Assembly: GCA_963799485.1 (NCBI GenBank)
Contig: CAWCXJ010000008.1
Coordinates: forward strand, 224,001 to 288,000
Reading direction: 5' to 3'
From: an uncultured Trueperaceae bacterium
Lineage (GTDB): Bacteria; Deinococcota; Deinococci; Deinococcales; Trueperaceae
DNA: 64,000 bases
Positions 56,101-64,000 of this stretch are shown piece by piece. Under the pieces are notes generated by a model. It searched no databases and was not told where the DNA came from. It saw only the letters and a program-made list of their open reading frames with translations. Made by a program: the position numbers and the translations under genes. Positions within the stretch are counted from its first letter, which is position 1; every line of letters starts with the position of its first letter.

Positions 56101-56922
56101 ATGAAGCTTCGTGGCGTAGTACTCGACATGGACGGTGTTCTCTGGCACGGCGACAAAACGCTCCCCGGTTTCGGTGAACTGTTTGAAACTTTACGGCAGT
56201 TGAACCTTCCTTTTGTCCTGGCGACAAACAACGCGACCAAAACGGTCGCGCAGTACACCGAAAAGCTCGCCCGGTTCGGCGTGCAGGTCTCTCCTGAACA
56301 CATCCTCACCTCGCCCGGTGCAGCCGCAAATCATCTTCAAGAGCATTTTACGGCGGGTACAAATGTCTACGTCGTCGGTGAAGCGGCCCTGCATGAGACG
56401 GTTTCAGCGGCAGGCTTTACGGTACTCGGTCCCGATGAAATACGTTCAGGTCAGACTGCGCCCGTCGTCGTCGGCGGACTCACAACCGAACGTCTCAGCT
56501 ACGACTTGCTGGCGATGGCGAGCCTGCTCGTGCGGCAGGGCGCGGCGTTTGTGGCGACCAATTACGACCTGACCTATCCGGCTGAAATAGGCCAACTTCC
56601 GGGCGCAGGCGCGGTACTTTCGGTGATTGCGAGCGCCACGGGCGTAGAGCCGACCGTTGTCGGCAAACCGCACGCGGGCATGTTTCAGGCCGCCGTAAAA
56701 CGTCTCGGCGTTCAGCCCGAAGAGATATTGATGGTCGGGGACAGGCTCGAGACCGACATTTTCGGAGCCCAAGCCGCAGGCTTCAAGACGGCGCTGCTGC
56801 TGAGCGGCGTTTCAAAACGTGAAGACATCAGCAGCACAGACCCTGACGCCGCACCCGATTATGTTTTGGAAGATTTAGCGGCGCTCATTGAGGTTTTACG
56901 CGAACTGCGTGCCGACATATAA
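56101..56922 (+). CDS. HAD-IIA (NagD-like) phosphatase
   Basis: DMDGVL, TNN, GKP, GDRLETDI. Confidence 0.92.
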   Translation: MKLRGVVLDMDGVLWHGDKTLPGFGELFETLRQLNLPFVLATNNATKTVAQYTEKLARFGVQVSPEHILTSPGAAANHLQEHFTAGTNVYVVGEAALHETVSAAGFTVLGPDEIRSGQTAPVVVGGLTTERLSYDLLAMASLLVRQGAAFVATNYDLTYPAEIGQLPGAGAVLSVIASATGVEPTVVGKPHAGMFQAAVKRLGVQPEEILMVGDRLETDIFGAQAAGFKTALLLSGVSKREDISSTDPDAAPDYVLEDLAALIEVLRELRADI

Positions 56923-57029
56923 GTAAACTTTACGGGATAAATTGGGGACAAAGGTGTCAGCTCGTCAGGTTTCGTGTTGGCGGCCCCCTGTATAGTAAAA
57001 CTGCATTCGGCAAAACCAAAGGAGGCAAC

Positions 57030-57755
57030 ATGAAGCACCCCATCGCTTTTAGAGCACTCGTTTTTGGACTGCTAGTTGCAGGATTTGCAGCGGCACAGTC
57101 GTCAGGGCAAGATGTTGAGGTGATGAGCGGCGACCAGGCTTATGAATCATATTTAGCTGTGCCCGACGCCGCGGGGCCGCACCCCGCAATCGTCTTGATT
57201 CACTCGTTTAACGGGCTCGAGGAGGGCTACCGCACCCTGACCGACAATTTCGCTGCCGAAGGGTTTGTCGTGTTGGCGGTCGGTTGGCAGACTTTTGAAC
57301 GCGAGCCTTCAGACGAGACGGTCGCGCAGCTCGTCCGGGACAGCATCGGCTTTTTGACCGCAAGAGACGACGTAGACGCCGAACGCCTCGGCCTGACGGG
57401 TTTTTGCGCCGGTGGACGCTACACCATGCTGCTCCTGCCGCAAATCGGGGACTTCGGCGCGGGCGTCGCCTGGTACGGCTTTCCCAATGCGGGCGACCCG
57501 TCCCCGGCGGATATGATTGGCGATTTAGGCGCGCCCATGCTCATCATTCACGGCACCGCCGACCAGCCCAGCCCTATCGCCGACATTTACGGCTACGCCA
57601 CCGCGCTAGACGAAGCCGGGAAACCTTTTGAACTCAAAGCCTATCAGGGTGAACCGCACGGATTTATGCTGGAAGACGGACAACTTCGCACCGACGCCAC
57701 CGCGCAAAACGCCTTTGGTGAGATGGTGAGCTTTTTTCAGCGCAAGCTCGAGTGA
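57030..57755 (+). CDS. Secreted dienelactone hydrolase family protein
   Basis: Signal peptide, GFCAGG nucleophile, HGTAD, HGF. Confidence 0.9.
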   Translation: MKHPIAFRALVFGLLVAGFAAAQSSGQDVEVMSGDQAYESYLAVPDAAGPHPAIVLIHSFNGLEEGYRTLTDNFAAEGFVVLAVGWQTFEREPSDETVAQLVRDSIGFLTARDDVDAERLGLTGFCAGGRYTMLLLPQIGDFGAGVAWYGFPNAGDPSPADMIGDLGAPMLIIHGTADQPSPIADIYGYATALDEAGKPFELKAYQGEPHGFMLEDGQLRTDATAQNAFGEMVSFFQRKLE

Positions 57756-57829
57756 CTGCCGGACAAAAACCAAGCTGCCACACAGCGTCCCCGGCTCACG
57801 CCTGCTACCGTTGGGGTGGAGGTTACACC

Positions 57830-59041
57830 GTGTACCGTTCGTACCTGCAGCACGCACTGCTCCCTTTAGTTCTTACGCTCGCCGCTTGCGGCAGCCCCCA
57901 GGCCGCTGCGAGCACGCCTGAGACCGGTTCGCCGGAGGTCAGCCTCGAGCCCGTCGTGTCGGGTCTCGAGCAGCCTACTTCGGTGGTCAGCGCCGCCGAC
58001 GGCTCCGGGCGGCTGTTTATCACTCAAAAAACCGGCTTGGCCCGCGTCATAGCAGGTGGCGAGGTGCTGAATACACCTTTTTTAGACCTGACCGGCGCTG
58101 TTTCGACGAGTAGCGAACAAGGGCTTTTAGGACTCGCCTTCCACCCAAACTACGCAGAGAACGGGCGCTTTTTCGTCAACTACACGCGTCGGGACGGCAC
58201 CACCGTCATCTCCGAATTCGCCGTTTCAGACGACCCCAACGTCGCCGACCCCGCTTCGGAACGGGTTTTACTGACCATCTCGCAACCCTACCCCAACCAT
58301 AACGGCGGCAACCTCGTGTTCGGCCCGGACGGATTTCTTTATATCGGCACCGGCGACGGCGGCGCGGGCGGCGACCCCGAAAATAACGCCCAGGACAAGA
58401 GTGCGCTGCTCGGCAAAATGCTCCGTATCGACGTCGATAACGCTGCTGACGGCGAACCCTACGGGATTCCGGAGAGCAATCCGTTTGTCGGCACCGACGG
58501 GGCCGCACCCGAGGTGTGGGCGTATGGGCTGCGTAACCCGTGGCGTTTTTCGTTCGACCGGGAGACCGGCGACCTGTGGATTGCCGACGTGGGGCAAAAC
58601 CGTATCGAAGAGGTAAACCGGCAACCGGCTGCCAGCACCGGCGGCGAAAACTACGGCTGGAACCTGACCGAAGGCTCGAGCTGCTTCGACCCGGCCGACC
58701 CGTTGGCGGTTCCGGAAACCTGCGATAAAACCGGCCTGACCCTGCCGGTACTCGAGTACAGCTACAACCAGGGCCGGTCGATTATCGGCGGTTACGTCTA
58801 CCGGGGTGAGCGTGTGCCGGAGCTTGACGGACGTTATGTTTACGGCGATTTCGTCAGTCAAACGATCTGGAGCGCAGCGGTAGCGGGCGAAGGTGCGGGG
58901 ACGGCCTATAGCAGCACACCGCTGCTCGAGTCGGGCTTTAACGTCGTCGCGTTCGGTGAAGACGAAGCCGGTGAACTGTACGTCGCCGATTACGGCGGCA
59001 CGCTCTACCGGTTTGCGCCGGCTGCACAAGCCGGCAACTGA
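57830..59041 (+). CDS. PQQ-dependent sugar (glucose/sorbosone) dehydrogenase family lipoprotein
   Basis: Lipobox LAAC, GLLGLAFHP, NHNGG..FGPDG, GLRNPWR; GTG start after GGAGG. Confidence 0.92.
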   Translation: MYRSYLQHALLPLVLTLAACGSPQAAASTPETGSPEVSLEPVVSGLEQPTSVVSAADGSGRLFITQKTGLARVIAGGEVLNTPFLDLTGAVSTSSEQGLLGLAFHPNYAENGRFFVNYTRRDGTTVISEFAVSDDPNVADPASERVLLTISQPYPNHNGGNLVFGPDGFLYIGTGDGGAGGDPENNAQDKSALLGKMLRIDVDNAADGEPYGIPESNPFVGTDGAAPEVWAYGLRNPWRFSFDRETGDLWIADVGQNRIEEVNRQPAASTGGENYGWNLTEGSSCFDPADPLAVPETCDKTGLTLPVLEYSYNQGRSIIGGYVYRGERVPELDGRYVYGDFVSQTIWSAAVAGEGAGTAYSSTPLLESGFNVVAFGEDEAGELYVADYGGTLYRFAPAAQAGN

Positions 59042-59054
59042 GCTTTACCCCACG

Positions 59055-59103
59055 GACTCTGTAACACCATAGTTGCTGGTGTTACAAAGTCTGTGTAACA
59101 CCA
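59055..59103. repeat. Three TGTAACACCA copies (one inverted) forming a hairpin
   Basis: GACTCTGTAACACCA-N7-TGGTGTTACAAAGTC plus a third direct copy. Confidence 0.7.
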
Positions 59104-59212
59104 CTCACGGCACCGTCGCTCTTTGAACGCTCGGGCGAACGCTACGGTTACGGCGTGCTGCGTTTTAGCGGGTCAGAAGCGCGGCGTGGCCCGAGGTTCC
59201 GGGCGTCGCCCT

Positions 59213-59237
59213 ATAACCGACAAAAATAGTAGGGATT
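59213..59237. promoter_or_regulatory. Rrf2/IscR-type palindrome upstream of the ABC ATPase
   Basis: ATAACCGAC-N7-GTAGGGATT. Confidence 0.5.
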
Positions 59238-59258
59238 CTGTTAGAGTGGCCTTGCTCT

Positions 59259-60419
59259 ATGACGCACTTTCAGACGCCCCCACCAGAAACGACGAAGACG
59301 GGTGTGCTCGAGCTGAGCGGCTTGACCAAAAGCTATCAAGACCCCGCTCAACCTGCCTTACACGACATCTCCCTGACCATTGCAACGGGCGAACTCGTCT
59401 CGGTGCTGGGGCCGTCGGGATGCGGTAAAACGACCTTGCTGCGGCTGATTGCGGGGTTCGAGCGGCCCGACGCGGGTACGATCCGGGTAGGTGAGCGGGT
59501 CGTCGCGGGGCCGCGCTGGGTGCCGCCGGAAGCGCGCGGTATCGGCTTCGTCTTTCAGGATTACGCGCTGTTTCCGCACCTGACGGTCACGCAAAACGTC
59601 GCCTTCGGTTTGCCGCATTTAGGCCGCAAAGCGCGGCGAAAACGTACCCAAGAGGTCTTGAATCTGGTCGGCTTGACGATTTTTGCGGCGCGTTACCCGC
59701 ATCAGCTTTCGGGTGGGCAGCAGCAGCGGGTCGCTTTGGCCCGCGCCCTCGCACCCGAACCCGCCGTGATGCTCCTCGACGAACCCTTTAGCAACCTCGA
59801 CGCGGCCCTCAGAAACAGCACCCGCAAAGAGGTGCGGCGGCTGCTCAAACTCGCCGGAGTCACCGCCATTTTGGTCACGCACGACCAGGAAGAGGCGCTG
59901 AGTTTCGCCGAACGCCTGGTGCTGTTGCGGGCCGGAGAACTCGAGCAGCAGGGTGCGCCCGAAACCGTCTACGCCCGTCCGCGTACCGCTTTTGCCGCGA
60001 GCTTTTTGGGTACGACCAACCTGCTCCGCGGCGACGCCTGCGGGGATTTGGCCCGAACACCGCTGGGGACGCTCACGCTTATCCGGCAGGCGCAGGGCAG
60101 CGTCTTGTTGTCGCTCCGGCCCGAAGACGTGACGTTCGCCGGTCACGGGTTGCGGGGGCGGGTCGTTACCCGCGAGTTCAGGGGTCACGACCTGACCTAC
60201 AGCTGCGAAATCTACAGCGACGACCATAAAGGCCACAATAATGACGACCACAGTAATGACCGCCGTCACGAAACCCGCGAAACCAGGGCCGAACCGGGCA
60301 AGCTTGCGAGGCTGACGGTGCAGACCGGGCCGGAGTGCCCGTACCGGGTCGGCGACACGGTTTTTCTGGTCGCAAAAGGTCGAGCAGTACCGCTCGAGGG
60401 CCCCGCTCCACTAGGCTAA
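59259..60419 (+). CDS. Fe3+ ABC transporter ATP-binding subunit (FbpC-like)
   Basis: GPSGCGKT, LSGGQQQR, LLDEPF, TOBE domain. Confidence 0.92.
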   Translation: MTHFQTPPPETTKTGVLELSGLTKSYQDPAQPALHDISLTIATGELVSVLGPSGCGKTTLLRLIAGFERPDAGTIRVGERVVAGPRWVPPEARGIGFVFQDYALFPHLTVTQNVAFGLPHLGRKARRKRTQEVLNLVGLTIFAARYPHQLSGGQQQRVALARALAPEPAVMLLDEPFSNLDAALRNSTRKEVRRLLKLAGVTAILVTHDQEEALSFAERLVLLRAGELEQQGAPETVYARPRTAFAASFLGTTNLLRGDACGDLARTPLGTLTLIRQAQGSVLLSLRPEDVTFAGHGLRGRVVTREFRGHDLTYSCEIYSDDHKGHNNDDHSNDRRHETRETRAEPGKLARLTVQTGPECPYRVGDTVFLVAKGRAVPLEGPAPLG

Positions 60420-60456
60420 CTACCACCGGCCAACTACCCGTCCCGGCCTTGCCTGG

Positions 60457-60523
60457 TTGACACGCTACCCAATCACACGCTACGATGCCCTTGCGTTTAA
60501 TCCCAACCTAAACGCTCGGATAT
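60457..60523 (+). promoter_or_regulatory. Sigma70 promoter plus downstream Rrf2/IscR-type site
   Basis: TTGACA-N18-TACGAT, then AATCCCAAC-N7-CTCGGATAT. Confidence 0.6.
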
Positions 60524-60555
60524 AAAACTGCTACTTATCCTCAGAGGAGGCGTCA

Positions 60556-61539
60556 ATGAAACGTCTGTTGGTCGTACTATCTTGTTTGCTGGTCGGAACC
60601 CAAACCCTGGCTCAAACCCTGACGGTCTATTCGGGCCGTAACGAAGAGTTTATCGCCCCGGTCGTCGAAGGCTTTACCGCCGCCACCGGCCTCGAGGTCG
60701 AGGTGCGTTACGGTGACACCGCCGAACTCGCCGCCACCATCTTGGAAGAAGGGCAAAACAGCCCCGCCGACGTGTTTTTAGCGCAAGATGCGGGCGCGCT
60801 CGGCGCACTTTCGCAAGCCGGGCTCTTCGCGCCGTTACCGGACGCGACGCTTGCAAAGGTCGAACCGCGTTTTCGCAGCGCCGAGGGGCTCTGGGTCGGC
60901 GTCACCGGGCGGGCGCGGGTTCTGGCGTACAACACGGGCGTCTACACCCCCGAAACACTGCCCCGAAGTATCTTCGATCTGACCGACGAGGCGTACCGTG
61001 GACGCGTAGGTTGGGCACCGTCGAACGGCTCGTTTCAGGCGTTTGTCACGGCGATGCGGGTTTTAGAAGGCGACGCGCGTACCCGTGCGTGGCTGACCGG
61101 GATGATGGCAAACGGCGTACAGGTTTATCCGGACAACTCGTCGCAATTAGAGGCGCTTTCGCGAGGCGAAATCGACCTGGGGCTCGTCAACCACTACTAC
61201 TTGTACCGCTACCTGGCCGAACAGGGCGACAGCTTTCCGGTACGCAACTACTACTTTGAAGACGCCGATTTGGGTTCGCTCATCAACGTCGCCGGAGCCG
61301 GTATCCTGAAAACGACCGATCAGCCGGACGAAGCGCAGAGGTTTGTAGACTACCTGCTCGGTCAGAGCGCGCAGGAGCACTTTACCAACACGGTCTACGA
61401 ATACCCGCTGGTCAGCGGCGTCCCTACGAATGAACTGCTCGTCCCGCTTTCCGAAATCGAGACCCCCGACCTCGACTTGTCGAATCTGGACGATTTAGAG
61501 GGGACGCTCGAGCTGCTCGCCGAAGTCGGCGCACTCTAA
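60556..61539 (+). CDS. Fe3+ ABC transporter substrate-binding protein (FbpA/FutA-like)
   Basis: LTVYSGR, SPADVF, GRARV, NHYYL Tyr ligands. Confidence 0.93.
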   Translation: MKRLLVVLSCLLVGTQTLAQTLTVYSGRNEEFIAPVVEGFTAATGLEVEVRYGDTAELAATILEEGQNSPADVFLAQDAGALGALSQAGLFAPLPDATLAKVEPRFRSAEGLWVGVTGRARVLAYNTGVYTPETLPRSIFDLTDEAYRGRVGWAPSNGSFQAFVTAMRVLEGDARTRAWLTGMMANGVQVYPDNSSQLEALSRGEIDLGLVNHYYLYRYLAEQGDSFPVRNYYFEDADLGSLINVAGAGILKTTDQPDEAQRFVDYLLGQSAQEHFTNTVYEYPLVSGVPTNELLVPLSEIETPDLDLSNLDDLEGTLELLAEVGAL

Positions 61540-61736
61540 CACCGTTCTCGCCAAACCTGAGTCTAGTGGGCGGTGTTGTGCTTCGGAGCCAGCCGCCCAA
61601 ACTCGTGTGACCGGTTCCGGCGTCTTTCATAGCAAGTACGAGCTTGTAAAAGGTGCGCTCAGCCCGGGTTCTGCCGACCGGCACGCAGGTAAGCCTACAC
61701 CGGTGTTCACCTCTCATAAAGCTGTCAGGATAGTCT

Positions 61737-63323
61737 ATGGCGCTGACGCGCAACCGACCCCTAGCCCGTAAAACCCGTCCCCCCCTCGTCGTCTTGCTGC
61801 CGAGCCTCGTAGTCGCGGTCGCGGTACTGCTGCCGCTCAGCTACCTGCTCTTCCGGGCGGCGGGCGCGAGCGGCGGGTTTTGGGACTATCTCTTCCGGAC
61901 ACGCAGCCTCACAGCGCTCTGGACAACCCTGTCGCTGGCCTTTTCGGTGACGACCTTGACGCTCCTTATCGCCTTGCCGGTTGCGTGGCTGACGCTCCGC
62001 ACAAACCTGGCAGGGCGGCGTATCTGGTTTGTCCTGAGCATGCTGCCGCTCGTGATTCCGACCTACGTGGGCAGCTTCGCGCTGATTTCGGCGTTTGCCA
62101 CCGGTGGACTCCTGGATCAACTCGCCGGGGTGTCGCTGCCGGTTTACGGCTTCGGCGGGGCGCTGGTCGTGCTGACACTCTTTACCTACCCGTATATGCT
62201 GCTCGCTCTCCGCGCCGGCTTGCGCGGCCTCGACCCGAGTCTGGAAGAGGCGGCGCGGAGCCTCGGTTACAGCCCGCTCAAAACCTTTTTCGCGGTAACG
62301 CTGCCGCACCTGCGCCCGGCGATTGCCGCGGGCGCGCTTTTAGTGTCGCTCTACGTGATTTCAGACTTCGGCGCAGTGGCGATGCTGCGCCTCGAGACCC
62401 TCACCCGCGGCGTCTACGTGCAGTATCAAAGCTCGTTCAACCGCTCGAACGCGGCGGCGCTCGGGCTGGTTTTGGTCGGTCTCACAGGCGCGGTGATGGC
62501 CTTTGACCTGCTCGTGCGCGGGCGCTCGCGGCTCGTGCGGACGGGTTCAGGGGCGGCGCGGCCCCTGCCGCTGCAGACGTTGGGGCGGTGGCAAGTCCCG
62601 GCGCAGCTCTTTTTAGGGTTGCTCGTTGCGGTGGCGCTGGTTGCGCCTCTTTCGGTTATCGGGGTATGGCTGGGGCGCGGTCTGGTCGGAGGGTCGGGGG
62701 TGGGGATAGGGCTGTCTCCGCTTTTTAACGCTCTGCGCGTTTCGCTTTTTGCGGCGCTCACCTCGACCCTGGCGGCGTTTCCGGTGGCGGTTTTGAGCGT
62801 GCGCTATCCCTCTAAACTGAGCGCCCTCTTGGAGCGCCTTACCTACGTCGGCTACGCCTTGCCGGGGCTTGTGGTGGCTTTGGCACTCGTTTTTTTCGGG
62901 GCGCGCTACGTCCCCGCGCTCTACCAGACCGAGGCTTTGCTGATTTTCGCCTACACCCTCCTTTTTTTGCCGCAAGCTCTGGGTAACATTCGCACCAGCC
63001 TTCTCAAGGTCAACCCGCATTTAGAAGAAGCGGCTAGGGGTCTGGGCCGAAACTCGTGGGGTGTGCTGACGCAGGTCACGGTGCCGCTCGTTCGTAGCGG
63101 CGTCTTAACCGGGGCGGCGCTGGTCTTTTTAACCACGATGAAAGAGCTGCCCGCAACCCTGCTCTTGGGGCCGACCGGGTTTAACACCCTGGCGACGCGC
63201 ATCTGGTCTTGGACGGTCGAGGCGTTTTTTGCGCAGGCTGCGCCCTACTGTTTTGTCCTTATCGCTGCGTCGTCGGTGTCTCTGGCGCTGCTGTTGGCGC
63301 ACGAACCGGACGAAACTGCGTAG
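61737..63323 (+). CDS. Fe3+ ABC transporter permease (FbpB-like)
   Basis: Two EAA motifs (EEAARSLG, EEAARGLG), KELPATLLL. Confidence 0.93.
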   Translation: MALTRNRPLARKTRPPLVVLLPSLVVAVAVLLPLSYLLFRAAGASGGFWDYLFRTRSLTALWTTLSLAFSVTTLTLLIALPVAWLTLRTNLAGRRIWFVLSMLPLVIPTYVGSFALISAFATGGLLDQLAGVSLPVYGFGGALVVLTLFTYPYMLLALRAGLRGLDPSLEEAARSLGYSPLKTFFAVTLPHLRPAIAAGALLVSLYVISDFGAVAMLRLETLTRGVYVQYQSSFNRSNAAALGLVLVGLTGAVMAFDLLVRGRSRLVRTGSGAARPLPLQTLGRWQVPAQLFLGLLVAVALVAPLSVIGVWLGRGLVGGSGVGIGLSPLFNALRVSLFAALTSTLAAFPVAVLSVRYPSKLSALLERLTYVGYALPGLVVALALVFFGARYVPALYQTEALLIFAYTLLFLPQALGNIRTSLLKVNPHLEEAARGLGRNSWGVLTQVTVPLVRSGVLTGAALVFLTTMKELPATLLLGPTGFNTLATRIWSWTVEAFFAQAAPYCFVLIAASSVSLALLLAHEPDETA

Positions 63324-63396
63324 TTCGTGTAAAGCGCTACCATCCTACAGTCTCGAGCCCCTATAAGCGTGTACCCTAGCAGCGGAGGTTACAATT

Positions 63397-63678
63397 ATGA
63401 GCAACAATGACAAAAGTCTCGGTGAGCGCGTGGGTGGAGCCGTAGATAAGGCCAAAGACGTCGCCCAGGACACTTTCTCGAGCGCCGACGAAAAGCGCAA
63501 AGAAGCGGGCAACCGTACCGACGCCAACGTCCAGGACGCCAAGGCGGAAAACTCGGACAACGTATTTGAAAAAGCCGGACACAAAATCTCCGGCGGCGTT
63601 GACCGCGCCGAAGCCGAAAGTCACGACAGCAAGGCCGAGTTTCACGAAGAGCGGGCGAAAGAACGCGCCAAAGAGTAA
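63397..63678 (+). CDS. Small hydrophilic LEA/CsbD-like stress protein
   Basis: Highly charged Ala/Lys/Glu/Asp helical repeats; SD GGAGG. Confidence 0.7.
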   Translation: MSNNDKSLGERVGGAVDKAKDVAQDTFSSADEKRKEAGNRTDANVQDAKAENSDNVFEKAGHKISGGVDRAEAESHDSKAEFHEERAKERAKE

Positions 63679-63699
63679 CGCGCCGTAAAAATGAACTGG

Positions 63700-63728
63700 A
63701 GGCTCGAGCGGTTGGCTCGAGCCTTTTT
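63700..63728 (+). terminator. Terminator between convergent genes
   Basis: AGGCTCGAGC-GGTTG-GCTCGAGCCT followed by TTTT. Confidence 0.75.
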
Positions 63729-63729
63729 G

Positions 63730-64000
63730 TTACCGCACTTCACTCCCGCTCGCAATATCCCGGTCCAGCGCCGAAATACTCAGGTTTCCTTCAGCGTCCT
63801 CTGCTGCCAAAATCATCCCCTGTGACTCCACGCCGCGCAGTTTTACGGGTTTTAGGTTCGCCACGATGATGACCTTTTTACCCGCCAACTGCCCTGGGTC
63901 GTACCACTTTTTAATGCCGGAGACGATGGTGCGCTCTTCGCTGCCCAGCTTAACGGACAAAACCAGCAACTTGTCGGCTTTGGGGTGCGCTTCGGCTTTG
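63730..64000 (-). CDS. metG: C-terminal tRNA-binding domain of methionyl-tRNA synthetase, partial
   Basis: [34 protein letters not shown]. Confidence 0.8.
   Translation of the reverse strand, partial: KAEAHPKADKLLVLSVKLGSEERTIVSGIKKWYDPGQLAGKKVIIVANLKPVKLRGVESQGMILAAEDAEGNLSISALDRDIASGSEVR

Overview
GC-rich bacterial chromosome segment, most likely Deinococcota and Truepera-like. This is inferred from the efp-accB-accC-nusB-folD order, futalosine-pathway mqnC, LptD/LptA/LptFG-like genes and many leaderless TANNNT-N5-7-start promoters. Bases 1-17.9 kb form an accessory copper/respiration island. It holds a tightly coupled minus-strand operon: atypical cbb3 ccoN, diheme ccoO fusion, ccoS-like gene, heme-less ccoP-N-like gene, ABM-fold protein, small membrane protein, FNT channel, and a 1109-aa protein whose N-terminal half looks like a circularly permuted, CuB-less heme-copper-oxidase fold. 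The island also carries two OmpR/BaeS-type two-component systems with two distinct sets of direct-repeat boxes, DUF305, DUF3105, ccdA, a multicopper oxidase and lgt. The rest is mostly core genes (M16 pair, rel, folD, nusB, accBC, efp, SRP RNA, mqnC, uvrA, plsC, HU, hpt, Fe3+ ABC transporter, metG 3' end), with two internally deleted IS elements, a BrnTA pair and several pseudogenes. Window-wide signals: the palindrome CTCGAG occurs about 115 times by manual count (HIP1-like), short tandem duplications are frequent, and two long unexplained RNA-like rods lie at 28.8-29.1 kb. All calls rest on motif recognition by eye; no database searches were run.
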